Positions 37,926 to 51,223 of a stretch of DNA of 64,000 nt are shown piece after piece (position 1 is the stretch's first letter; every line of letters starts with the position of its first letter). The stretch comes from Microbotryum violaceum. Lineage: Eukaryota. The position numbers were made by a program, and so were the translations under genes. The notes under the pieces are model-generated. The model was given only the letters and a program-made list of their open reading frames with translations. It was not told the DNA's origin and did not search any database. The DNA lies in NCBI GenBank assembly GCA_001244265.2, contig CDLV01000016.1, positions 806,001-870,000 of the forward strand, given 5' to 3'.

Positions 37926-38387
37926 TTTTGGGGCGGAGAAGGGAGGGACGTGTCGTTTTCCTCTGGTTGCGGAGGAGGAAAACGGTAGCCCAAGGAGGGC
38001 TAGAGATAGGGGGACGGAGACGGGAGAGACAAGCACCCGAGAGGTGGGAGAGACGAGCACCAGAGAAGTGGAAGAGAAAAATTACCTTGGGTGGGTCTGC
38101 GTGAGTCTTACATCGTGCGGAAGGAGCGACCGGAAGGGAATCTAGCGGCGAAGCGAGTTGCGGGAGGGAAAGCGACAGACAGGCGCACACGAGAGGCACA
38201 CGTCGTTCGAGTGCGCATTAGCAACCAAAGTCATCCAACTCTAACCAACCCTAACCAGCCCACCACGGATCGGAAAGAGTATTTCGGGCTTTTTGAACGA
38301 ACGTATCAACACGCTCTCGCAGTTGCATCGGTGTGTTCCAGGGAATATCCTAGGCCTTGGCTACCTTGCTAGCCCATCATCTGATCG

Positions 38388-39744
38388 ATGAACACCCCAT
38401 TCACCTCCACCTCCACCCCCGTTGATCCCAACCGTCCCTCGAAGCTCGGCATCGTCCCCTCCTCCCGCTCGACTCTCCAACTTCGTCGACCTACAAAGAA
38501 AGAAGTCTCCACTGAAGACCCGCCCCGGACAGATGAAGTCGACGCAGAATTCGATGAAGACGACGAGGAAATCGAACATGAACAGGATATCGATACGTAT
38601 GGGATTGCGGGGAGGTCAGTTTGCTGTCCGTCTTTCGCAACAAGTCGGGGTTAGCTCACGCTCTCTCTCTCTCTCTCACGAAATTTCTTCCGTGACAGGA
38701 CATGGGAAGCCGCCTACTTGATGAAACGCTACTGCAAACCACCATACGCATCCATCTCCAAGCTAATATTCGAACCCCCCTGCCCTCTATTCGTCCAACC
38801 TCCCTCCACCGAAGACTCTTCCTGCCCCCCTCCTTCACACAGAACGAAGCAGCGAAAACGAACCGTCGTCGAAATCGGTTCTGGAACGGGATACCTCTCC
38901 CTCCACCTCCTTCCCTTTTTGAAAGAGTCGGATCGGTTGGTCGTCACGGACCTTCCAGAAGTGTGTCCTTTGTTACGCACGAACTTAGGTATTTCGGCAA
39001 CCACCGAGCAAGGGGAAGAACGAAGGAGCGACGGGAAGGGCAAAGGCTCGCGTGTTCAGACTACGTTTGGGGATGTCAAAGTGAGACCCTTACCTTGGGG
39101 CGATCAAGAGGCTTTCGAGAAGCTCGAGAAGGAATTCGGTTTGTTTTCCTCGGCCGATGACGACTCGAACACAGGTTCAGGTCCGGACTTGATCCTCGCT
39201 TCGGACCTTATCTACTTCCCCTTCCTATACCCCGGTCTATTACGCACCTTGATTTGGTTGACCCAACCACGGAAGAAAGGGTTTCGGAAAGATGCGACTG
39301 ATACATCGAGGAAGGAACAGGATGCTCCCCAAGTCGTGCTCGGGTACAAGATCCGCAGTTTGCCAAGAGAAGAACCGTTTTGGAAAGCTTTTGGTGAGTT
39401 TCAGTTTCGGTGATCGGGCCCGTCGGACTTTTGTCCAGGATCACACACTCAACTGGGGATGAGTTACAGGGATTTGGTTCGATTTCCGACCCGTGTACTA
39501 CCGACCCGTCCCCACCTCAGCCCAAGACCCAAACACCACCTTCCCCTCTCCCGCCGCCGACGAAGATCACTGGCATCGTTTCGGTGAAACCTCCGAAGGC
39601 CAAAACCAGCTCTTCATTTTCGTATGCACTCGCAGACCCAAAACTTACACTTGGGATGTACCGAAAGAGGATGAGGCGTTGATGAATGGTCTAGGGTCGG
39701 ATGATCAGTTCGAGACCTTGTTGTTACTGGGGATGGAGTGCTGA
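38388..39744 (+). CDS. METTL21/Efm6-type (Methyltransf_16) protein lysine methyltransferase
   Basis: YGIAGR|TWEAA, VEIGSGTG, VTDLPEV, LPWG, ILASDLIY, GYKIRS. Two introns. Confidence 0.88.
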
Positions 39745-39930
39745 GAAGTTAGAGTGTTTCTTCGGGTCGTACCAGGCTATGCGCTCCCTTGCATAATATC
39801 TGATAGATGTTGAAATACATATACGGACTACAACAACTCGAGGACGCGTTCCAATATGAAAAAGGAAATGAACGATCAACACAACAGACCGGAAAGCGAG
39901 TTCTAACACCTTTCCACCACCTCGGCTCCC

Positions 39931-41804
39931 TCACTCACTCCCACTCTCCGCCTCCCCTTCAAAATGCGGAAAGTACCAAAACGGTCCACACGGTCCAGCA
40001 GGCTCATGATTCGCCGTAGACCAAATCCCTACCACCCCGAACCTACTCTTGGGACCCCCGACCTGTACCCCATTCATTAACCACTGGTCCTGCCCCGAAT
40101 AACGGATGATGTATTGCCAATGCACTTCGTTGTCCGGGGTTATGGAGACCGTGCCGCGAATGGAACGTTGGGGTTGTTGTTGCATGTGCGGGTGGGAGGT
40201 GAGGAATGTGCCGTTAAAGTGGAGGGGTTCGGACGTCCCGATGAATGAGAGGGGCGTGTTGCCCTGAGATGAGGGAGTCGAGGTAGAAGGTACAGCTTCA
40301 AGAGGCGAAGTCGACGAGCTGCTCGCGCCAAGCGTCTCCGACGTAGGTGGCGAAGCCTCCCCCATGCCATCCTCCACGTTTTGCTCAATCTCTTTGCTCC
40401 CTGAATCCACGCTCTCCTCCTCCGAATCCAACCCAAAGTCCCCATCATCCTCGTCATCATCATCGCTATCCCCCTCCCCTTCCCCCGGTCTAGTACGAAC
40501 CTCATCGAACCCGGTCCCAACATCCCTCCAATTCCGATCAGGAGGGTACGGCAATTCTCCTTCAGGCAGTAGCTTCAACTTGAGCCGCATAATGTCGCCG
40601 ATGGCTTCGGATTCGCCTTCTAGGGTGCTGCGGTATTCTGGACTGCGATGGAAGCTGTGAGTCAAGGGTGAAAGAGAAGGAATCAGGTGCTCCCCTATCA
40701 GCAGTTGGGAACCGGAACCCTTGGGCGACGACCCACTCACTTGAAGTGTTCAAACGATCTATAATCCAAGAACGCATGGGTCCCTCTGAACTCCGTCTCC
40801 TCCACCCCTGCCCAATCCCTCACCTTCTGTTCTGAACCATCCCAATTCTTGCCTTCCCCTTCCCCCGCCCACGGTCCTCGCCTCGTCGTTTCCCACCCCT
40901 GAGGAATCTTCGCCTCTTGATGCACCCCATTCGCTTGTGCCTCGTTCAAATTCGCCGTCATGACGATGCTCAACGAGAGCACTTTATTCCAATCGACCCT
41001 TCCCGATCGATCGGCCAAAAACGGTCCCCAATGCGAAGCTTTCTTAAAGTTCGTCTCGCGATAAACGACCTCCCTCGCAATCGTATGTCGATCGGGATCC
41101 AGGGATAGGATACGCGTTAGGTTGGGTGTGGCCAAGGCTTCGAGATGATGGAGTAAGGCGTCGATATGGTTCGCGTTGGGGAACAGGTACGTTTCGGGTT
41201 CGGAGAGGTGCTGCTGCCTTGTATTGCGCCGACTGGCACTCGGTTTGCAACGAGTCGAAACGGGGGGAAACAACTTTTGGGCATTGAAGTGCTCGTTCAA
41301 CCATACTTGATTGGCGGAACTTGATTCATCAACCTCGTGGAAGCGCGGTAAAGATACCTCGCGGGATGGATGAGGTTTTCGTGAGGTAGCGATATCGAGG
41401 ATCGCTTGCGTGGCTCGTAGGTCGAGGATCGGATGAGGGGCGTGAAGAATTTGCCGCGCGTAGATGCGTTCTTGTAATGCTTGACGATAGTCGAAATCCC
41501 CCGAGGATGAAGATGCGGCGCTTGGAGAAGAAGCTACTGAACATGATCCCGCTTGCCAAGTTCCTTCCCGGCTTTCGGCGTCGTTCGCCTCGAACGTCCG
41601 AGTCACCTCGCCCAACCCGGCAAGTACGGCTATGGGAGGATCGAAGATAGCGAGGAAGCACGCCTTCCACAACGTCGCGCTACCCTCGACATGCTCGTAC
41701 GCTTCTCTGCACGTCGCTCCGAAATGCACGACGTCGACTGGGTCCGCGAATACGAGACAGTGGTGCAGGAGCTGTGCAAGGGGGGGACGGAGTCGAGGTG
41801 CCAT
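39931..41804 (-). CDS. Fungal F-box-like protein
   Basis: N-terminal LLHHCLVFADPVDVVHFGATCR...LWKACFLAIFDPP, then WGPFLADRSGRVDW, DWAGV and a C-terminal GPCGPFWY. One intron (about 40740-40654). Confidence 0.75.
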
Positions 41805-42293
41805 GGCGGTCGATGTGGGGAAGCACGATCATCATTCGATCGGCCGAGCGCCGAGAGCGACGTGGGTGGGTGTCAATACCTGCACCCTCGATTGAATGCA
41901 CAACGGACATACCTCGGGTGGCAGATCAAGTGGTGATGAAGCCATGCTAACCAGGTCGGATGTCGATGATGGGATCGGGGGTGAAAGACGCAGCAATCAA
42001 GCTATCAAGCGAGAGCCCTCTGCGCGCCTGTCGCTGTCACGGACACGCTCCACTTATCTCGATCGTTCATGAAGCGGCACCGGCCCGGACTCGTCTCCCC
42101 CGAGCGCCAACGTAAACCATAGCTCTCACGCAATCGAGTTGAGGGTCATCAATTGCATTTTGTGACTTGAGCCCTTGCAAAGAAAAACGTCCGTGGGTAA
42201 AAGATTAACAGAGCCACACACAAAACACGCAAAAGTCTTCCTTGCAATCCTCAATGCCGATATCCACAAGAGAACCCCACCGGTCCCGCCTCT

Positions 42294-45200
42294 TTACAAA
42301 CCCTGCTTGATCCTCAACGAAAAATTCACAACCACCGCCAAGAACAGGACCGCACACAAAGCCGTCGGCCCAAAGTAATCGTGGTAGATGACAGCCTCGC
42401 GGTTCCGGATCTTGGTCACGCGCCAGTAGTAGGTGTAGCCCGTGTAAAGCAACGAGAGCAACGCGACGACGGTGAAGGAGGAGGCCGCGGCGAGGGCGAT
42501 ATCGTCTGTATGAGAGAAGAGGCGGTTCAGTATGACATAGGGAATGACGGGAAAGGGTGAACACTCCACAGACTGACCATGAGGATCGGAAAAGGACAAG
42601 ATCCCAATGCCGATCGCCGAAACAACGACGCTAAACTCTACCCACGACAAAGCTGCAAGATCAATGGTTCCATAAATCAGCCTCCACCCACTTCACTCGA
42701 AACCCAAGATCTCAAAAGCGCTCACTCGTCCTCTCATTCGCGTAAAACACCTTGGGCTCGACCCTGACCGGAATAGCGACCTTCTTCCCCGCCTGCGTGC
42801 GGAATGAGCTGACATACTCGACCCTCCCAGGCGTCAACGAGATACCCGAAGGGTTGATCGTCTGTTCCTCCCCGTTGACCCCATTCTTCCTTCTACCACC
42901 ATTCCCACTGCCCGCACCATCACCTCGAGAAGAACGTTCGTTTAACCCCCTTGATCGTTCGGTCTCGTACTTGGAGTCCAACAACTTGCTCAGATTCGCG
43001 GGCGTCAACTTGGGGAAGATTTCATGCTGTTTCCTCGCGTTCGCCGAGGTCGAAGCATCCGCAGTGGACAAGGCTTGTCCTACTCCCGAAGCGGCATGCT
43101 TGGACGCTTCGTCACGGAATGCTTTGGCTTCTGCCGCAGCTTGGGGAGGGAGGTTGGCCCATCCTGCTTCGTCAGACGTGATCGCCTGATGACGGTTATC
43201 GTCTTCGTCGACCTCGTCATCCGATACAGGCTCCGTGTACTGCGCCAACTCGGCTTCATGGGACGCGCCATCCGACGGCGTGTTCGATTGCGAGGTATGC
43301 GACGGTGCCGGACGCTGGATCTGCGCCTTCCTCGTCGCCGGTTTACGAATATCCGTCTCCATCTGCGGCAACCAGAACGGCACGAGGTCGACTCGATTCG
43401 GCAACAGGGTCGCGCAACCATGAATGAATTTCGAAAATTTGGGCACGGCCTCGACCAAATGAGACGAGACGAGTTCGCGCACCCATTCGGGCGGTTGTTG
43501 GCCCATCTCGGTCTGCAACTTGACCTCGAGCACACCGTAAGGGAACAGTTCCTTGTCCTCGTCCGGCAATTGAGGGAAAGGCCAATCAATGCCAATGTCC
43601 GTTCGACGCCAATTGTCGCCCGAGCGCGTCACACCATCCCAGTTATCCTCACGAATGAGCGAAAGCTGCGTATCGAATGAGATGCGCACCCTCGCATCAC
43701 CCGGCAGCTGAAACGCCGTTCGGTTGTAGAACGTGCGCATGACCGGTCCCAACTTCTTGTGCTTAACTGCGGCCTGCACCTCCCGTGCGAGCTTGAGCAT
43801 CGAATCAATCTCCTTGTCCGATTTCTTCCCCTTCTTGCGCAAAGCCTCGAACGTCTCGTCCATCGTATACCGCCCAGCGAGGAAATCGTTAAGGTATTCC
43901 TCCTTGATCGGGAACCGCGCCTTGACAGACTTCTCTCCCGTCCAGTCCTCGCGATGGGTTTTGCGCTCGACAAAGATCGTCTTGACGTCCATCCCACCGT
44001 ACCAACGCATGCGGATCGCCTCGGCCCCTTCGGTCTTTTCCAATCGTCCTAGATACAGGTCGAGGTCCTGAGCAAAGTCAAACGCACGCATCAGTCACTA
44101 GAAACGACAGCTGCTGAGCTCGGGCAATGCGCCCACGCACGCCGTTGTCAAAGTAGATCGACGAGATGGCCGCATCCTCTTGCTGGAAAGGCTTATCAGG
44201 GTTAAAAACTGCGAATCGAAAATATGGCATATCAGCTTTGGTTCCACCGACCGGGGGAGGTCGAAAACGACCCACCCAAAACAGGCAAGTGCTTGAGGAT
44301 GACGAGCTTGAGTTGGACGTAGTTGTCCTGTGAGGAGTGTCGACCATGTCAGCTTTCTACGCCCCGACCCCCCAAGCGACTCGTAAGTGCTGGACGAAAA
44401 CCAACCGGATGAACCCAGTACTGTTGGCACACCAGAGGCACGAGCCAGTCAAATAGGCATTAGCTTCCACGTTCGTCTAATCAAAGTCCGATTCGTGAAC
44501 TGACCTTGGTCGTCTGTCGAACAAAAGCGCTTTGTCCACCACCGGCGCTCGAGTCACCCATGACAGGGTGTCCTCGCGTCCGGACGAGGTTGTACAGCCT
44601 CGACAATTGCACGATGATCGAGTCCTGAGCGAAGACAGAGATACGGTTGGGTCAGCGACTGTTGGCAGAATACTTCGGACTAACCGCAGATGGTGACTGA
44701 CGTAATTCTCCTTGTAAAAGGGCTTGCGATCGAGGAAGCTGCGCATGAATTGCCCTCGGAGTTGGAACCCAGTTCGTTTCTGTTCGTTACGGTAACATCT
44801 GCATGAAGTCAGTACCCGTCTCCGATACGCTGTAAGACCTCTCCGGTATAGCAGGTATGACGAACATCGTGTTTTCTAGAACCGAAACGAACACTGAGAT
44901 CAGTACCAGACATCCCATCCACAACATCTACCTGGAACGACTCACTTTACGATCTTGACGAAACCTGTAAAGTTCAAATGGGTGAAGTGGCCCAAATCAT
45001 GCACATCCGCAATCACGTTGGCCAAATCCTCCTCCAAATCGACGAAGCGATCCTCCGTCTCATCATCCGTATCATCGTCCGAACCCCCATCGTCACCCAG
45101 TTCCTCGGGATGTCGACCTGCTTCCGAGGCGGTCGGCGTAGGAGGGGCCAACGAATCGGCATGCGCGATGAGGTGCTTGACCTCTTCTTCGTAGGCCGAG

Positions 45201-46167
45201 ATTTTGCCCGTCAATTCGCTCATCTGGTGAAGAAAAGAATCAAACAAAGGACGAGTGTTTTTTAGCGCTCGGAAAGGTCATACACTGCCTTCTCGCGTAA
45301 CGTAGCCTATTCTGACCCACCTTGCTCTCTTGGAACTTGACAACCTTGTCCAACTCGCCCTCCAAAGCTGAATGAAAACAAGTCAACCCAAAGATCATCA
45401 GCACGCGCACCGAGGCCCCTCTAGGCAACACAAACTCCACAACAAACCTTTGATAAAGTCAGCCTCGTCGGCATCGTCCCACTTGTGCTGCGATTGCCGG
45501 TCTTTGATGAAGCGCTTCAAGCCCGAATCTGAAGTGCGAGAGATGATTTGGAGCGAAGAAATGCCGGCGGAGGCAGGAAAGGTTTTTCCAACCGAGGATT
45601 CCCCAAGGAAAAGGAGGTACCGAAGATTCAAAGAAGATCGAGGAGTTAGTTCATGACTCCGCGAATCCGATCCGGAAACCTTCCTCCGGCTTTCCCCCCA
45701 CTTTTCCCCCTTTCCACTTTTTAGTCGAGGAGGTACGTTTCAGGGGGGGGGCGTCGGTTTGGAACAGCGCGAAGAGAGAACTTACAATCGATGTAGGAAG
45801 ATTGCCAATCCTGGTCTATAAACACGCACGGGAGGGAGACAAGGTCTCAAAGAAAAGGTCAGTACAGAGGAACCTACTCCAAGTTACATCCTTGCGCAAA
45901 AGTGCGCGGCGGCTTCGATCTCGTTCAGCAGCAGAGCAGATCACATCCACGGCGAGCCGAGACCGGGTCGTTGTCGCCCATCGGGTCCGTCAACGACGTC
46001 GGACGAGAGCGCCGTCGATAGTCCCAGCGGAGAGCCTCAGCGGTGGGAGGAGAAACGTACACAGAGCATCCTTGATGACGGATCCGACTGATGGGAGAAC
46101 AGGACAAGATTAACTCTCTAGTCGTCGGTGCGGAGGTGGTTTTGATGCGGAACCACTGACACTTCAT
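42294..46167 (-). CDS. VTC4: Vacuolar polyphosphate polymerase Vtc4 (SPX + VTC + TM)
   Basis: [26 protein letters not shown] (SPX), [15 protein letters not shown] (10-nt microexon 44875-44866), [59 protein letters not shown]. Confidence 0.97.
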
Positions 46168-46630
46168 CGCGCCGGCTGATCAGGCGGATTTGGTTTGGAG
46201 GCTGTCAGGCGAGGGGCTGAATGGGGTATAGCTTGAGTCACCGAATCACCGAAGCTCTAATCGAATCACAAGCGCAAGGCAGTCTCGCAAAGGTGGATTG
46301 GTAGACTGGATACGGAGCCGGGTCGAACGAAGAGGATGGAGGAGCGACCGTCCGAGGAACGTGAGAACCGCCAGCGGCGGCTTCCATTCGCGCGCTCGGC
46401 TCGATCATCAACCCCAAAGAAAAAACATCGCCTGTGAAATCAAGCCCCTTTCATCTCATATATCTCCGATTTTTCAGATTAAGGACATCAGTCCCATTCC
46501 AGCTAAAAATGCTTCACTGCCCCTCCCCATCAGGGAGCTTCTTCATCTCGAGCAGACCTCCGCCGTCAAGTTTATTGCCGAGAGGGTTCCGGCCAATCGC
46601 GATCACTGATTGGTCCGTTCTCCCCTTCCC

Positions 46631-46642
46631 CACGTGCACGTG
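46631..46642. promoter_or_regulatory. Tandem E-boxes (CACGTGCACGTG), candidate Pho4-type sites upstream of VTC4
   Basis: Reads GCACGTGCACGTGGGG on the minus strand, about 465 bp upstream of the VTC4 ATG. VTC4 is a PHO-regulon gene in other fungi. Confidence 0.55.
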
Positions 46643-46869
46643 CGACCCGAGCTTGAGCGCCTGGGCCACGGGTCATGAGAAGCAGGCTTCTTGCCAGTGA
46701 TCTAACGTTCCTTTCTCCGAGGACACAACCGTTCCTTCACTTTTCATATTAGAATGGTCTTCCTTCCCACCGGATATTACGTAGTTTCTACTCTTGCTCC
46801 ACATATTACGTCTCCCAGAAATTAGCCACTAATCCACTTCCCCTCCTCAATACCCCTCCCCACATTCCA

Positions 46870-48583
46870 TTACTTCTGCCTCTTGTAAACCTTCTCCAAG
46901 AAGGCCCTAAACACCTCCCTCTTCAAACCGACTCCGCCTTGTTCCGGGATGGTCTCGATCACCGCATTGATGCGCTTGTACGACTCTGCCTCGTATTCAT
47001 CGAACGCTTGGGCGAGTCCGAGTTGCTTGTAAACTTCCTTGACGCGCGCTTCGGATTCGGACGATTTGACGCCGTAATTTTCCTATGCAGAATATAACGA
47101 CGGGTCAGCTTTACTCCGGGAGAAAGAAGTTTCCTTCATCATCGGAGCCGTCATCCCTCCCACTCACATCCAACACTTTCCTCTGCCCATCATCGGCCTT
47201 GGCCAGAGCGGCATTGATCAACCAACTACACTTGTTATCCAAAATGTCCGTGCCAATCTTGCCAATCTGTTCCGGAGTACCATAACAATCGAGGTAATCG
47301 TCTTGAACTTGGAAGTATTCCCCCATCGGGAGGAGGATGTCGAGCGCTTTCTTGTACGAGGATTCGGTGGTGACGCCGGACATGTGCATGGCCAAGGCGA
47401 CGGGGAGGTAGAAGGAGTAGAAAGCGGTTTTGTACACCACAATCAAGTGGTGTCTAGAGCGAGGTGAGGAGCGGTCAGGTTTCCTGGGATACGATTTCCT
47501 TTGAACCCTACACTCCGAAAGCAAACTCACTTGTCCAACGAAAATCTACTCAAATCGACCGAATCTTCGGGGGCGGTGATGAGGTCGATCAACTGACCCA
47601 TCTCGGTCTGGAACGTAGTCTACCATCGATGAAAAGAACCAAACTATCTCCATGATTAGCTCTTCTCCGCGGATCGTAACGCAGGATCAGCACCTCGGCG
47701 CCAAACGTACTTCAAGGAACAACTCCAACAGATCGACGTAGTACTTCTCGGACCGGAAGTACTTCTTGAGCAAGTGGTAGATCGCGGCTTCGAGCATGAA
47801 GGCGTCGTTGATGGCGATATTGCCTACGCCTTCCTGGAAAGTGCGAAAAGTGCATGCAGCGATGGGGCGAGATGCGCGATCAGCGATTCATTATGAATCA
47901 TCTGGGCAGGATGCGTTTTGGACGCGAGCTTACAACTCGATACCAACAAGGTTGTCCCCTACGCGTAATGGATTGATCCATCATATCATCCGCGACCAAA
48001 AAATACGCTTGGAGCTGTACCCACCACATCCATCAGCATCCCATTCGCTTGTAATCCGTTGGGAGAGCTTGATACAGCACACACCAACTCGATACACCAC
48101 CCCAGGATCGCGGCTTGCTTGTATTCATGGTCGGTCAAGTCGGAGCCTTTGAGGATTTGGACCGTGTCGACGACGGAGATGCCGCGGTTCAACTTGCCTG
48201 GATGGAAGGCGCGTGATTAGTTGGGGTGTGCGAAAAGTGTTTGCGAGCTCGTCGGTGGTGAGTCGGCCGTTGTAGCCTTCCAGGTTGCTTCCATCCCACG
48301 CGACGACGATCGGCAGCGACGAGTGAACCCCGTCAGCTCCCTCTGCAATGACCTACCCCCGGGTGAATTATGATCCAAGTTCTACTCTCGCCCCAAACCA
48401 TCGCAAACAAAAACGGGTCAGCGAGCGTCCCGTTGGCGCACGCCAATCGGTCTGCAAACCAACCTGCTTGAACCACTCGGTCGCCTCCTTGGGCATCTTT
48501 TGCGCTTCGAGGTAAGCCACCAACTCGTCCCTGATCCCGGGCCAGATGGAGAGGAACTTGTCGCGCGACGTGGTGGAGGACAT
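46870..48583 (-). CDS. ERG20: Farnesyl diphosphate synthase
   Basis: [17 protein letters not shown] (FARM), [28 protein letters not shown] (SARM), [21 protein letters not shown]. Confidence 0.97.
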
Positions 48584-49036
48584 GATGGGGAAGGAGTGTG
48601 TGGAAGGAGTGTACAGGAAAGAGTGGGGTATGAAGAAGAGAAAGAGAAAAGGGACACGCGCCGCGCTTCTTCCCCATCAGATCGCCCCGGCTGTCCAGGG
48701 ACATTACTCAGATGAGATACACCGCCACGCTCGGGTCTTCGCGCCTCGTGACCAAACCAACCTTCTTTCCTTCCCCGATGAAATTTGACCGAGCGATCCA
48801 AATTCCTCTCCTTTTTCCCGTGACCTCTTCTCACACCCATCTGATCCGCGGGTACCGGGATAGACTATTTCATATTCAATTACCAAAATGATTCCCCGGA
48901 GTGATGGATGAACCTCCGACGACGACACATTGGTAAGTCTACCCAAGTTCAAAACGATTCTTTACTTAAAGAAAAGAAAAAAAAAAGAAAAGAGAGAGAA
49001 AAGACATCCCAAATACAAAATTGCACTCCCACAAAC

Positions 49037-50529
49037 TCACGTCAACACCTTCCTCAGTCCCTCGATCTGACTCGCACTCAAACGAGCCGGGAACTCCACC
49101 TGGACCTTGACCAACAAATTCCCCTTCTTCGGTGCGTTCTTCCTCGAAATCGGCATACCTTCACCAGGCACCTTGATGACCTGACCGGAGGAAAGCGGTT
49201 TCCCACCCGACGTAGGACTGGGATAAGGTACATCCACTTTGATCGTTCGCCCATCCAACGTCGTGATGGAGCTTGTCTTGGCGTCTGGTGACGAAGGGCC
49301 GGTGAGAGCGTCGACGAGCGGTACCTTGAGTTCGTAGATGAGGTCGTCACCTTCACGTTTGAAGGTCGGGTGCGGCTTTTCTTCGATCACAAAAACGAGG
49401 TCTTGGGCCGACGTAGCGGTTTCGTGGCCGGCTTTGGCGAACCGAACTTTGGTACCGGCTTTCCATCCGGGCTTGACGGCGACTGCATGAACAAGGGGGG
49501 AAGCGATAACGCCGTCAGCTTTTCCGTCCCTGATGAGAACCTCGCCTCAGAGCCAACAAAAACCTACTCTCGAGCGTGTTGGCCTCTTCGCCACCCGCAC
49601 GACGCTTCTTGGTGACCTTGAGCTTCTTGGTCGCGCCCTTGTACAGATCCTCGAGCGAGACAGGCAATTGCTTGACTGTAGGGTCAGGGAAGCGTCAAGG
49701 GGTCAGTTTTTCACCCTGTACCGCTGATAATTTCAACCCACGCGCGCGATAACTTACCAACTTCCTGCGGCTTCTCCTCGCGAAACTCCTCATCACTCGT
49801 ATCCATCGGACCGCCGGGCATACCTCCCATCCCCCCCATCCCCCCCATCCCGGCAAACGGATTTCCCCCGGCCCCACCCCTCGCACCTCTCCCACCGCCC
49901 ATCCCGCCCATCCCGCCCATCCCGCCCATACTCCCAAACAACGAAGCAAAGATATCATTCGGATCCGAAGGTTGGAATCCACCGCCACCGGACCCTCCCC
50001 CTGGCGCTCCTCCCGACGTAGAGAAGGAGAATCCACCGGCTGGGAACCCACCTGGGAACCCACCTGCTCCCGCGAATGGGTTCCCTCCTGCGCCACCTGG
50101 GGGTGGGCCTCCTCCTCCACCACCGCCCATTTTGAGCCCCTCTTCACCGAATTGGTCGTAGATGGCTCTCTTATTCGAGTCCTGTGTTGTTCAAATGAAA
50201 ATTCATGAGTATCTCGCATGTCCCATCCGAGCTGGCGAAGAAAACCCAGAGTAAGACTCACCGTCAACACTTCAACTGCCTCGCTAACTTCCTTGAATTT
50301 CTTGGATGCCTCCTCCGTATTATCCGGGTTTCGATCGGGGTGATACAGCATCGCTTTCTTCTTGTACGCAGAGCGAATCTCTGGGAGGAGGAGGGGCCAA
50401 AATCATGACAAGAGTCGGTTCATCAATCCCGAAGAGGTGTCAGAGGCCCCGAGAGCTGAGTAACCTACGTTGTTCATTCGCATCCTTTTGTAGTCCAAGA
50501 ATCGCATAGTAGTCCTTTCCTTTAGCCAT
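49037..50529 (-). CDS. SIS1: Type II Hsp40/DnaJ co-chaperone (Sis1-like)
   Basis: [12 protein letters not shown]-domain, G/F- and G/M-rich linker, [24 protein letters not shown]. Confidence 0.93.
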
Positions 50530-50571
50530 GCTGATCGGTCCTTGTTTGTATGATCACTTGTTTCGAATGCG

Positions 50572-50607
50572 TGGGCGTGTGCGTGTGCGTGTGCGTGTGC
50601 GTGTGCG
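50572..50607. repeat. (GTGTGC)n hexamer microsatellite in the SIS1 leader (probable 5'-UTR intron)
   Basis: About 6 copies. Upstream AAG|GTACGC donor at about 50768. Confidence 0.8.
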
Positions 50608-50959
50608 AGTTCAAGCGATGAGCCTAGTCTGGTGGTGGGACGGGGTGAGTGACGTCGAATGTGGGTGGGGGGTGCTTCGATGGGATTCCTTGACAGTAGT
50701 TTCGGTTTCGGTCGAATTTGAGCTCGGGTGATATGAGGTACTTTGTTCGTGTGATCGAATGTGCGTACCTTGAAAGCAAAAACTGCTTCTTGTGTTGGTG
50801 TGTTGGTGTGTTGGTGTGTAGTCGTGTGTAACGAGGTGCGTATATGCGTGTGTTGTAAGTAGGTGGATGGCGGAAAGAAGCTAAGCTGCCCCGAGATGGC
50901 CGCTGGCCGCTGGCGCTGGAGCCAACCCCGATGGAAGCGGATGGAAGCCTCCACCCAAC

Positions 50960-50994
50960 CTTCTCGGACCTTCCAGCACGCTCTAGCATTTTCG
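50960..50994. promoter_or_regulatory. Candidate heat-shock element upstream of SIS1
   Basis: TTC/CTC at 10-bp spacing (50961, 50971, 50981, 50991) with GGA/GCA in the intervening GAA positions. Confidence 0.5.
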
Positions 50995-51223
50995 CCCTCT
51001 CCCAAGCTTTGACCCGTCGGACATATCACGCACACGAGTTTCTTTCGTTGGTTTCAACAAGCTTAGTACGATTTGTCAAAAGAGGCAACAACAATCGAAG
51101 AATGAAAAGAGAAGTGAACCAAGCAAAAACGAACAGCAGGACAAACGTCCCCCCCCCCCCCAAAAACAAACATTTTTCAAGTCCTCAAGCCCCCCTCCCC
51201 CGCCCCTCTCTTCCATCCACGCC

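Noticed and set aside
46870-48583. Secondary-metabolite cluster around ERG20
   Set aside because: The neighbours (VTC4, SIS1, GATA factor) are housekeeping or regulatory, with no terpene cyclase, P450 or transporter nearby.
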